64,000 nucleotides of DNA. Source: Hormiphora californensis. Its lineage: Eukaryota; Animalia; Ctenophora. Of this stretch, positions 47,701 through 58,888 are shown piece by piece; within the stretch, counting starts at the first letter, position 1; each line of letters begins with the position of its first letter. The position numbers and the translations under genes are program-made. The stretch is from the NCBI GenBank assembly GCA_020137815.1, contig CM035360.1, positions 5,766,001 through 5,830,000 on the forward strand. Direction: 5' to 3'. The notes under the pieces were generated by a model. That model was not told where the DNA came from. It searched no databases and was given only the letters and a program-made list of their open reading frames with translations.

Positions 47701-50700
47701 TAGAGATAAGGAGGGTCAAAGTTGGAAAGTTTCTTAGAGATAAGGAGGTTCAAAGTGGGAAAGTTTCTTAGAGATAAGGTGGGTCAAAGTGGGAAAGTTT
47801 CTTAGAGATAAGGAGGGTCAAAGTGGGAAAGTTTCTTAGAGATAAGGAGGGTCAAAGTGGGAAAGTTTCTTAGAGATAAGGAGGGTCAAAGTGGGAAAGT
47901 TTCTTAGAGATAAGGAGGTTTAAAGTGGGAAAGTTTCTTAGAGATAAGGTGAGTCAAAGTGGGAAAGTTTCTTAGAGATAAGGAGGTTCAAAGTGGGAAA
48001 GTTTCTTAGAGATAAGGAGGGTCAAAGTGGGAAAGTTTCTTAGAGATAAGGAGGGTCAAAGTGGGAAAGTTTCTTAGAGATAAGGAGGGTCAAAGTGGGA
48101 AAGTTTCTTAGAGATAAGGAGGTTCAAAGTGGGAAAGTTTCTTAGAGATAAGGTGAGTCAAAGTGGGAAAGTTTCTTAGAGATAAGGAGGGTCAAAGTGG
48201 TAAAGTTTCTTAGAGATAAGGAGGGTCAAAGTGGGAAAGTTTCTTAGAGATAAGGAGGGTCAAAGTGGGAAAGTTTCTTAGAGATAAGGAGGGTCAAAGT
48301 GGGAAAGTTTCTTAGAGATAAGGAGGGTCAAAGTGGGAAAGTTTCTTAGAGATAAGGAGGGTCAAAGTGGGAAAGTTTCTTAGAGATAAGGAGGGTCAAA
48401 GTGGGAAAGTTTCTCAGAGATAAGGAGGTTGAAAGTGGGAAAGTTTCTGGATCACCAGAAGTCTCATTTGCCGGAACCTGGATCACCAGAAGTCTCATTT
48501 GCCGGAACAAATTTGTTATGCTGAATGTCTACAGGACTCTAGTAAGACCTCATATTGAATATGCTGTCCAAGTATGGAACCCACCTGCAGCCCACGGATA
48601 CTGGAAGCTAATTATGAAGATCGAGGATGTACAGCGTTCTTTCACACGGCTAATTGACGGGATTGGATTACTTCCCTACAGCGAAAGACTGAGAATTCTT
48701 CAACTCACCACACTACTTGAGCGTCGCATGAGAGGTGATCTCATTGAGACGTTCAAGATAACATCTGGCAAAGTGGACTACGGAAAAGATCTATTCAGAG
48801 TTTCACGCAGTGGTACAAAGATTCTGAAGGACGGGCGTGGGGATGGAGTTCTATCCAATCGAGTAGCAAACTACTGGAATAAGATTCCAGCTAATGTGAA
48901 GGAAGCAAGCAGTGTGGATGCTTTCAAATCACGCCTGGAGCAGTACAAGGCTAGTACAATTGCGAGTGGAGCACCGTCTCTGGGGCACTTTTGGGAGCTG
49001 AGCGAAATCCTGATTGCAAAAATTAATAACAATTGTAATCATGATTCGTATGCTGAGTACATGTCTGCTAATCCGTCGCTAGCTAAATTAAAGGGAATTA
49101 ACACCAACATGTTTTAGAGAACCGAACTGTTTTAATGGTCAATGTATGTGCCTGATGCACATTTCAATGTATATTTTTAATTACTATTGTGGGAAATGGA
49201 AGTGAGTTTAGACGTAATTTGCGTAGAGTGAATTTCGAGTTGGCCGTGTGGCCAAAATCTTTATTATTATTATTATTATTAAGGAGGGTCAAAGTGGGAA
49301 AGTTTCTTAGAGATAAGGAGGGTCAAAGTGGGAAAGTTTCTTAGAGATAAGGAGGGTCAAGGTGGGAAAGTTTCTTAGAGATAATGTGGGTCAAAGTGGG
49401 AAAGTTTCTTAGAGATAAGGAGGGTCAAAGTGGGAAAGTTTCTTAGAGATAAGGAGGGTCAAAGTGAGAAAGTTTCTTAGAGATAAGGAGGGTCAAAGTG
49501 GGAAAGTTTCTTAGAGATAAGGAGGTTGAAAGTGGGAAAGTTTCTTAGAGATAAGGAGGGTAAAAGTGGGAAAGTTTCTTATAGATAAGGAGGGACAAAG
49601 TTGGAAAGTTTCTTAGAGATAAGGAGGGTCAAAGTGGGAAAGTTTCTTAGAGATAAGGAGGGTCAAAGTGGGAAAGTTTCTTAGAGATAAGGAGGTTCAA
49701 AGTGGGAAAGTTTCTTAGAGATCAGGAGGGTCAAAGTGGGAAAGTTTCTTAGAGATAAGGAGGGTCAAAGTGGGAAAGTGTCTTAGAGATAAGGATGGTC
49801 AAAGTAGGAAAGTTTCTTAATACCTTTCAAACTGGCATATAATTCATTTTTTGTTCTGACCTTCCTTTACATTTGGGTGCGGTGAAACAGGGTCGAGCAA
49901 GGCAACAATTTATGCCCATTCAGCTATTCAGAACATTATAATTCATGCCCTTTCTTTTTATCAGTGACGGACCAAGAAGTGAATGTTAACTGTGGAAATG
50001 TATACGGGGTGGGAATTAAGGTTTTCAAAAGTACAAGTGCTGCAGTGACTTGGAACATCGCAGAGTTCCAATCGTTCTACAAACAATTTAGTATAAGTAA
50101 GTTATACTTAGTATAAGTCTTATACTGATGGAGCCAAACTGCATTTATATGTCGCTGAATAAACATTAAATTCGTGTTGCCACCTGCTGCTAAAAAGCGC
50201 AAAAAAGAAGAAAACTCCAAGTACGATAATGATACAAACACCCCTAGTGGTGCTCCTTACCCAAGATATAAAACTAGTGCTACCATGACAACAAGTACGG
50301 GTGGTACTGCTGAAAATATGGCATCGTGTGGACCACTATCACTGACCCAGATTTGTAATTATACCCAGAGAGACACCCTGCATGGAATATTTACCTCGGC
50401 ATGTTGATCCTCCCGGCGTGTATCCAGGGCTCCAACTGCAGCACGCACTGTGGAAAGGTGCTCCTCCAACTCTAACAACTTGGTCGACCTGGGGATAGTG
50501 AAACTAACTCAAGAACGTCTAGCAATGAGATGTAACTAAAATATTTTGAGCTGTGACTACTGCAGTACTACAGGGTGAGAAAAGAAGTTGAATAAAAGTG
50601 GGATAAAATTGGGCTAAAAAGTCAATATATTGACGGTACCTGGTCTTGATCTCCGCTTGTAGGATGTGCTCTATGCTATGTTTGGTAGTGTTGACACTCT

Positions 50701-53305
50701 TTTCAATGAGCCCAATACTGGTATAGAGTTGTTTAATGCTGGCATTAATCTTTTCCTTGTTCTCTTCGTATACTAAACAGAGTTAATAAACTGTGATTGG
50801 GTGTTAGTGATTTGTTTGTTTTGTTCAACCCCTTTTTATTTTAAAAGACAGTCTAGCTAGGCAATAATTTGTAGAACTAGATCATAATCAGTTAATTAAA
50901 CAAGATGATCAAGACCTTAGCCTTCGGTTTGGTGACGCAGTCACCCCTACACTAGCCGCGCGAAGCGCGGCTAAACGAAGCCTGCGAAGGGGGGATGTCA
51001 TCATCAAGCCTTTGGTCGACCATGATCTAATATCTATTGAAAGTTACTAAAAATGATCAGGATATCATTTCCCCGACAACAACAACAAACCTGTGGCATA
51101 CTGCATCATCTGTTCTCCCAGGTTCTTCCTCAGGTTGTTTAGCACGGTAGCAGTGTCACGGCGCAGTTTCTGTTCCCACTCCATTCTAGCTCCCCGCTCC
51201 TTGAGGATACTCTGGAGAGAGGTATGTGTCAATAACCGTGTTTCTAATTAATTGTACCATCTAAACACCGAAATAAAGACCCAACTCCGCTAAATAGTGT
51301 TGCCAAGCTAGACTGCCATTCACGCACCCGCGTAAAGGGAGGGTTAGAACATAACAAAAAGTGTACATTGTCACAACTAAATCAAGTATTATATCTCTCC
51401 CAATTACCGATTGAAGTGAGGTGATGAGTTGTTTGGTTACCATGGTTACCATTATGGTTACTTGCCTTGTTTGAACATAACAAATGGTTACCATGGTTAC
51501 TAGTTAGTAATTACCGATTGAAGTGAAGCGATGAGTTGTTTGGTTTCCTGGAAGCTGCTCCCAACTTCATCTGTAATCTTTAGATCCAGAGATCTGTAAC
51601 ACGACATCATCTCCTCCAGGGACTGGGGAACAAAATGTAAGTCGGACCCCGATTTACCGGGATGTGCGCGGGAAAAGGGTTTTGACCGGAAAATCGGGGC
51701 GGGGCGCCCGGTATATCGGGTTGAAATACCGTCAACTTCCCATTATATCGGGGGAAGTTTATCCTCCCGGTAAATCGGGGTCCGGCTATAACACATTCTT
51801 TGTGTGAGAGAAGATTGTGAAATTTAACATTTGGCTACCAAACCTGGGCGAAATCGATGTCCCGTTTTTGTCGGGATTTTTCAACATCAGACTTTAGCTG
51901 CCGTAATCGCTCATCCATTGTCTGCTTTAGTTTCCCAAATTCTTTTAAACTGAAATCAAAATAATAGTAATACTTTCGAGTTTGTACAAATTTGTCCAGT
52001 CATAAATAGTCCGGTGGTTTATAGATTCAAACTGAGACGTTTTTTAAGTACAATATAAAATAACACGGAATTCGTTATTCAGGTATGCTTACCTATCACC
52101 AATAGCATGCCTCAAGTCTCCTCGATCAGCCTTGGCTTCAGTTAGGCAGTTGGTAAGTGTTCCTAGTGATTGTGCTATTTCACCATCCCTCTCACTTGAT
52201 ACCCCCTCCATGCCAGAGACACGGCTTTGGAGGCGAGCTGTGTTGTTCTGTAGTGCTCTTATACAATCCATCTAATGGGGAGAGAGGATGTAATGAAGTC
52301 TGAGGGAGCTGAGAGATAGTGAGGGAGCTGAGAGAAGGAGAGAGGGTGAGGGAGGGGAAGGGGAGAGGGACGATCCAAAAATTTAAGAGGAGAGGGAAAC
52401 TGAGAGAGATAGAGTGAGGGAGATTGAGAGATATAATCACTCACAGCTGCAGTGATGTTAGATTCTATAGTCCCAATACGGACTGTCGATGTCTTGTCTC
52501 CCTGATCTAGCGATGCCACCTGGTCCTGCAATGAAAGGAGGCAGTGAGGAAAACACGTATTACTGAGTGCAGTAAGTCATACGTACGTTTCTTGAGATAG
52601 AGAAAAAGAGAGAAATAGGTAGTCAGAACATCACGAAATCTCGGACATGATAAATAAACCTGAATACTAGCCAGAACAGCAGTGTGTATCCTCTGAAATG
52701 TGGCGAAGTGTTCCAGTTTCTTCGTAGATCGATGCCCTTAGATTATCGAACTTCCTCTTTACAGTTTCAACGTCTGATACTGAGACTGTGTCGTTAGATT
52801 TAATTGTCAGCGTTCAGCACATGTACACAGCCACAGAGAGAATCACATTATCACAACAGAGGAAAACTAATGTATAGCAACATGTAGCAGGAAACCCCGG
52901 TAGCCACAAAGTATAAAGGGTGTTTCATACCTAAATTCTGGTCCATTTTCGCCTGTTTCCTGCTCTCTATCTGAGTCTGTAACATGGAACTCTGCATTAC
53001 CGTGTTGATGAGTTTACTGGACTCTGCCTGCTCTTCCTCCAACTGATTTAACCGGGTATAAAGTTTGGAGATAATATCATTTTGGATTCCTAGCTGCTCC
53101 CTCATCCGACCCCTCTCTCGTCTGTCTTCTTCGATATCCCGGGCAGCATAATCAAGCTTGTCCTATGGGGGTGGAGATTAGAGAAACAGTCACTAGAACA
53201 AGTAATATGAAAGTAGCAGATCTCACGAAGTTATGCAGCTGTTACCTGGAGTTGAACTATCTGTAAGTTCTCGAGGGGTGGTTTTCGTGGCAGAGAGGGT
53301 AACAT
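37334..53305 (-). CDS. Uncharacterised long coiled-coil protein with Pro-rich (RDxxPP) tail, ~16 exons, 11-kb intron 39408-50393
   Basis: Mostly phase-compatible exons: MLPSLPRKPPLENLQIVQLQ|DKLDYAARDIEEDRRER..., HSIEHILQAEIKTR, STKLLELEEHL...DQHAE | IQGILKEELGMLEMKL, ENSEAINEIRRELQDL...EEVLYPEQL*. One apparent frameshift near 52685. Confidence 0.75.
38985..39215. repeat. 45-bp G-rich minisatellite in an intron
   Basis: acagagagtgggttagaggggtgaggtaggggagagaggggtgag at 39031, 39076, 39121 and 39166. Confidence 0.92.
39761..41042. mobile_element. 1282-bp near-perfect palindromic non-autonomous element with TTAA TSD and GG termini (Kolobok-like)
   Basis: TTAA|GGGTACACCTCGGC ... GCCGAGGTGTACCC|TTAA, ~629-bp arms around a ~26-bp spacer (40390-40415), inserted in a (gggtataga)n tract. 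Confidence 0.9.
41866..50116 (+). CDS. Nested secreted mosaic protein: signal peptide, PAN/apple-like, unknown beta-rich domains, GCC2/GCC3 Cys repeat, discoidin/F5-8-like domain
   Basis: Eight exons joined by phase-1 introns: MYVVCYLVLVTALANP; SCAALC; LCKIF..GVVSASSNC; IDKIWKAYKLRTKLVIECNNVLVY; CYAGYY..CFECPGNTYS..CTPCP..GSTSPLNC; HMFDGNEETYYGS; VNCGNVYG..WNIAEFQSFY. AATAAA at ~50158. Confidence 0.8.
43999..48448. repeat. 34-bp tandem satellite, ~130 units, left block
   Basis: Unit GATAAGGAGGGTCAAAGTGGGAAAGTTTCTTAGA. Confidence 0.98.
48447..49280 (+). mobile_element. 5'-truncated CR1/L2-group LINE (ORF2 C-terminus, 3'UTR and (TTA)n tail) inserted in the satellite
   Basis: YRTLVRPHIEYAVQVWNP..IEDVQRSFTRLI..LPYSERLRILQLTTLLERRMRGDLIETFKI; 3' hairpin ttggcc-gtgt-ggccaa; (tta)n 49261-49280. 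Confidence 0.93.
49280..49818. repeat. 34-bp tandem satellite, ~16 units, right block
   Basis: Same unit as 43999-48448. Confidence 0.98.
50929..51007. mobile_element. Second copy of the GCGAAGC-hairpin micro-MITE
   Basis: gccttcggt|TTGGTGA...TCATCAA|gcctttggt (8/9 TSD match). Confidence 0.75.
51641..51788. mobile_element. Short MITE of the CCCGATTTACCGG family
   Basis: gtcggaccccgatttaccggga ... tcccggtaaatcggggtccggc. Related copy at 55162-55323. Confidence 0.8.
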
Positions 53306-53572
53306 CACGTGATGGACATATAATATCTAAAGGGAGAAGGGAACTAATGAGCTTCCGATATGTATAATAGGTGACATCAGTTTGATAGGGTGTTATAAGT
53401 ATATAGTCGGATTTTTTGAAACTGTCACCCCCCTGAAATAACAAAATTTGCCATATCTCCGGTTCCTGATAAGATAGAGACTTGAAATTTGGAGGTTCGG
53501 AAGAACTTAGCAAGATCTTCGTAACCTCCAAATTTCAAGTCTCTATCTCGTCAGGAACCGGATTTATGGTAA

Positions 53573-54676
53573 CTAGAGTACCCGTTTGCTGGGAACCCGT
53601 GACCTGGTAAATGGTAATTTATCCTCATATAACCGGTGACATTTGTGTTTGATTTTTAAAAGATAATTTGTTTGTTCCTTAGAGCAATGAGTCTCATAGT
53701 AGGAGCGGTTAGATCAGCACGTGCAGAAAGTCGCGCGCCACCCTAATCTCAGGTTACTCTCACGGCTTCATTTCGCATCCAATCCAAAAGTGACCTTCAT
53801 CAAACCTGTAGATCTCCTCAAGGAGAAGCGAAAACTTGAGGGACATTTCTTGAATCTTGATTGGATACGACCTCGAGGAGCTATGACAATGCGCAAAAAG
53901 GGGTGGCACGCGACTTTAACCACGTGGTGATCTAACCGCTCCTACTATCATAGACATTGGGGTTTTGAAAAAAACGGCCATTACAATTTTGGCGAGGCGG
54001 GTAAATCATTTACTGTAACGCGCGAATTTTCCCAAAAAGCGCTGCTTTGTTACGCCGCGCGCGGAACCTAAAATTACGCGCGCAGTGTAAAATTTTAAAA
54101 TTCATTGAAAATTTCCTCGCGTTTCATGTCGCCAAAAAAAGTCGACGAAAAATTCCAAATTCGTTAATTATAAGAACTCCGGTCAGTTCTCATCTTGCCA
54201 ATCCGTTTTCCGGGAACCCCTGGCCAAAGGACATTAAAATTCACATACCGACCAAGTTTCATATCGATTGGATAAGATTTTGGGTGGCTACGGTGAAAAA
54301 TATCGTATTTTTGGCATTTTTAACTTTCCCGACGCGATTTACGACCCTTAAACATTGAGTTACGGGAAATCGCTACCATGTAAAATGAAGTTCAAACGAT
54401 TCTCTTTCCCCACTATTGCGTTAGTTTTTTGATTTAGAGCCGTTTTCAGGGTCTTAGAAGCGTTTGAAAAATGTAAGTCTTTTTGTCGCAATGACGTCAC
54501 CCCGTGACGTCACTGCTGTAAAGATCGGATCAAAAATCTGAGCCCGTACTTACATCCGCCTTGGTCCAAGGTACCAGTGTACAAATTTTCAGGGGTCTAG
54601 CTCAAAAACTGTGGGAGGAGTTTGAAAAACCAATTAACGGACAGACTGACTAACATTATGGAATTTATTATATGGA
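53573..54676 (-). mobile_element. Non-autonomous Helitron, copy A (contains an internal MITE ~53696-53948)
   Basis: Minus strand A|TCCATATAATAAAT ... CAAACGGGTACTCTAG|T. Near-identical to 55558-56282 apart from ~380 bp of extra internal sequence. Confidence 0.8.
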
Positions 54677-54701
54677 TTACGCCACCAGACTTGGTACGAG
54701 G

Positions 54702-55008
54702 CAGGGGCGGCTCTGCCATGCGGATGATGCGGACGCGTCCGCATTTTTACTTTGGATCACGGAGAGAAAAAGAAAAAAATTCAAGGAAAAGGGTAAATTT
54801 TCTCAAAATTTGATGTTTCAAATGAGATTTTTAGTGAAATCCGCGCGCCACACAGGTTTTTTTGCCGTCGCAGTATTTTGTGATCGGCGCGCTACGTCAA
54901 AATAGCCAATGCGGACCATCCGCATTGGGTATTTCGACGGAACACGCGAGTTAAAAATGTTTCGGCCGCATTTTGACCAGAGCGGCTGAAAGCTGCGCAC
55001 CGCCCCTG
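54702..55008. mobile_element. hAT-type MITE with 8-bp TSD
   Basis: gtacgagg|CAGGGGCGG ... CCGCCCCTG|gtacgagg. Confidence 0.92.
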
Positions 55009-55161
55009 GTACGAGGAACTGCCACATCAAAACAAATACAGCGGTATTTGACAATTTATTACGACTTCCGCCTCTGGCAAACGCTGAAATCTGAATAGCG
55101 ATCTGTCGGCAGTCCTCTTTGAGACTAAAAACTGTTTCCCGGCTTAATTTTTAAGCTTGAT

Positions 55162-55323
55162 ACAGGCCCGATTTACCGGAACCCCGATTTACCCGGAGGT
55201 CAAACTTACCCCGATAGAGGAAGTTAATGATATTTGACCCCGGTATACCGAGCACCCCGATATAGTATTTACCGGGCAAAACCCTTTACCCCGAGCATCC
55301 CGGTAAATCGGGGCCTGACTGTA
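55162..55323. mobile_element. Short MITE of the CCCGATTTACCGG family
   Basis: caggcccgatttaccgg ... ccggtaaatcggggcctg. Confidence 0.8.
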
Positions 55324-55557
55324 TTTATGATATGTTTCAAATTAATCATGCCTTACTAAGCCTGGATGAATACTGGAGGCTATGAAGATGAACGAGCATT
55401 TCAGGCACACGTTACGGCACAGGAAATCCTCTCCCAGATGAATCCATCAGCAGTGTCAGGCGCTAGTTCAAGGTACATATTGGAATATACACCGTCCCTA
55501 ACAAGAAATATTCAAATCCTTGAAAGTTTATTAAGCAGTATATTATTACTACTTACA

Positions 55558-56282
55558 CTAGAGTACCCGTTTGCTGGGAACCCGTGACCTGGTAAATGGT
55601 AATTGGTAAATCATTTACTGTAACGCGCGAATTTTTCCAAAAAAGCGCTGCTTTTTTACGCCGCGCGCGGAACCTAGAATTACGCGCGCAGTGTAAAATT
55701 TTAAAATTCATTGAAAATTTCCTCGCGTTTTATGTCGCCAAAAAAAGTCGACGAAAAATTCCAAATTCGTGAATTTAGAATTATAAGAACTCCGGTCAGT
55801 TCTCATCTTGCCAATCCGTTTTCCGGGAACCCCTGGCCAAAGGACATTAAAGTTCACATAACGACCAAGTTTCATATCGATTGGATAAGATTTTGGGTGG
55901 CTACGGTGAAAAATATCGTATTTTTGGCATTTTTAACTTTCCCGACGCGATTTACGACCCTTAAACATTGAGTTACGGGAAATCGTTATCATGTAAAATG
56001 AAGTTCAAACGATTCTCTTTCCCCACTATTGCGTTAGTTTTTTGATTTAGAGCCGTTTTCAGGGTCTTAGAAGCGTTTGAAAAATGTAAGTCTTTTTGTC
56101 GCAATGACGTCACCCCGTGACGTCACTGTTGTAAAGATCGGATCAAAAATCTGAGCCCGTACTTACACCCGCCTTGGTCCAAAGTACCAGTGTACAAATT
56201 TTCAGGGGTCTAGCTCAAAAACTGTAGGAGGAGTAGGGAGAAAACAATTATCGGACTAACATTTTGGAATTTATTATATGGA
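55558..56282 (-). mobile_element. Non-autonomous Helitron, copy B
   Basis: Same TC...CTAG termini and A|T target as copy A. Confidence 0.8.
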
Positions 56283-57034
56283 TTTACGAAATTTGAAAAT
56301 ACCCAGGGGGGTGACAGTTTCAAAAAATCCGACTTTACTATACGGCGCAGGACCCTTGGCCTATGCTACAGGCCCTAAAGAAGCCGTGGAAAACGCGCGC
56401 ACTTGGGGTCTGCAGCGCATGCCAAGCAGGACCCCAATGACAAAAGTTTGGGGAATTTTTGAAAAAATTTGTTCGTGAGCGAGTGAACTTGAGTTTCATT
56501 TCAAGAAATTTCAGCGCGCGTGGCTGCGCGGCGCTGTTTTATGTTTTGCGCGTGCACGCGCGTGGTAAAATAAATAAAAATCGCACGTAAAAAAATTTGC
56601 AGTTCAGCTCAGTTTTTTGAAACTGTGAGGAGCCTCGGAATTCGGAAATGTTCAAGTCGTGCACAAACAAAACCCTAACCCGACCCTAACAACAGCCCTA
56701 ACCCGTCTCGACCGCCAAAATCGATGAACTATTAGCAATAGAAGGCACCCAGATTTTAACGTTTTCCGTTTCGGACGACGGACAGTTCCAAAAAAATCTG
56801 ACAGGGAATGCTATTTGCAAGTTGTTTTGCAGTGGCACACAAACGATAATCGAAAAATAATGCGATCCATGTTTATAAAGGGCATCAATTATCTCTTTTT
56901 TGCTAAAAATTGCTAAAAATTTAAAAATAAAAAACCACCTTCACCCCTTTCTGGCTCTGTGGACCATGACCATGACATGCCCTTAAACATAATCGTATGA
57001 TTTTTTCAGCGTGATGTAAAACAACTTGAAGAAC

Positions 57035-58796
57035 ATGCTGACCCATCAACAAGTTCTGGATCTGCCGGAGAGGAGTGTTTTTCTATTTCAAGCCCTAGAA
57101 CCCGATCAAATCAAGCTTTTGGTGTTTTCAGAAAATACCCAGATCTGTGAGGCCTTACTGCACTATCTTAAAGAGGTTCTTGGTGTGGAATCTGATATTG
57201 CCGCATTTGATGATGATTGGGTGGCCTATGAATTTGAATCACTCAACGGGGCTCATACACTGCAACTCATAGTGAAAAGGTAAGTGAACTTTAAATCTTG
57301 GGACCTTTATAAGTTCTTTCCCTCTTGGTAATGTTCTAAATTTCCCTCAATCTTCAGCGACTCCATGACAATCGAGTGTGGTACAAGTAGCACCGCTCTA
57401 CTTGAAGTTGTATACCGAGAGGAAAACTTTGAAAAGTTAGTCTCCGTCTTGTTACCGATAATGGACCCCAAAGACACCATGAAACTGCAGAAGAATACTA
57501 ACAGTCCTAGCAGAGATGAGTCTATGGAGACTGGCCTCTCGGATAGCACTGCAGTTGAACCAGACCTTCAACACAGTAGTGGTAGCTCCTTCGATACAGC
57601 CTGTACAACTCAATTTGATGATGTTGTGGAAGATAGGGAAGTAGCTGATGATGATGATGATGATCTATATGGATCCACCCACGATGTGCTGTTCTCTACT
57701 GCCCCTACCATTCCTTGTTCACAAAACAGAGGTATCCTGCCTTCTGAAAGTGGTCCTTCTTCCTCAATACAGCCATCTCCAGAGGATGTATCAATGACAA
57801 GTGTCAGCACTGAACCCCAAGAAGATATCACCATGAACTCTGATCTAGATGCTACAAATATTAGCGGGGTCCCTGTGGATACCACCATGAACAGCATCTT
57901 GGGACGAACCCACACAACAGACGACGACTTTGATTCCTTCTCAAGTGATGTGATGAGAGAGTTGTCGCCTGTGATACGGAATCTAGAGTCTCGTGTTAAG
58001 TCGATCCCAGAGGTTTCCAGTAGTCAGGAGGGGGAGGATGATAGAAGGAGAGCTGAGGCGATGGAGCTGAATCAGTGGAACCCGCTCCGGGTCGACTATT
58101 ATAGACCTGATAATAAAATCAACCAAAAGAGAGTTGACAACTCTATGCCTGCTGAGTGTGTAAGTGTACTTTTATCTGTTTTTACTAGAGCTATTTGCAT
58201 TGATATTGTTATAGAAACTTACTAGGACTACTGAATTATGAACATGTTGTCTAAAATTGTATCCACTACCCATTCACCCCCTTTTATTTCTACAGATGAT
58301 TTCAGAGGAAACTGACCCAGCGAAACAAATAGTAACCCTGCTGGTACACAACATACCAGTCAATACCAATCGAGTGACACTGAAAACGTTTTTCAAAAGT
58401 AAAACGAACAATTTGGCAATTGATAGTGTTAACATTGATCAACTTGGCCCTGAAGCGGAAAAGTGGAGAGCGTGAGTAAATATTTTATTCCCTAATCTAA
58501 AATCGTATATTAAAGTTCTACTTATAAATTTTGTCACATGACAAATTTAAACTTTATAGAATTCCGCTTACCAATCGGATGCTAATCAGTAGTTTTTTTA
58601 CTAAGTCTAATACCAAAAACACCCTTTAGTTTTGTACGGATCGAAGGATTCAATAGTGTAACTCTATTCAAGAAGGCGATACACAAAACAGTATTTGGGG
58701 GAAGAACCCTCAGAGTTTCGACGCACAAGGAACGTGCAGATCCGGAGATACAGAAATTGGAGAAAATGCGGCAAAAGCAACGAGAGGAGAAATACA
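57035..58796 (+). CDS. Acidic/Ser-rich protein with an RRM-like domain; probably continues at 63062
   Basis: Exons 57035-57279, 57358-58159, 58296-58471 and 58630-58796 join in frame. TLLVHNIP (RNP2-like), WRAFVRI (RNP1-like) and VFGGRTLRVS. Confidence 0.75.
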
Positions 58797-58888
58797 GTGA
58801 GTTTTGTTGGGTAATAGTTTGTCTCAAAGTTTCATCAAAATATATGCAAAATAGTTGGAAATAGTATGTAATTAAAAGAGCGGGATCG

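Larger units (their letters stand above)
53405..56334. mobile_element. Perfect 31-bp TIR pair enclosing a stack of nested insertions
   Basis: agtcggattttttgaaactgtcacccccctg (53405-53435) is the exact reverse complement of 56304-56334. Confidence 0.7.

Noticed and set aside
48401-49117. 238-aa satellite-LINE fusion protein
   Set aside because: It starts at a GTG in the satellite and is chance read-through into a 5'-truncated LINE lacking the RT catalytic core.
43999-49818. CRISPR-like array with an adjacent reverse transcriptase
   Set aside because: Units are head-to-tail with no unique spacers and there are no cas genes. The RT-related ORF is a truncated CR1 C-terminus in a eukaryotic intron.
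56671-56705. Telomeric (CCCTAA) repeats
   Set aside because: Only three interrupted units in an internal, TE-like context.
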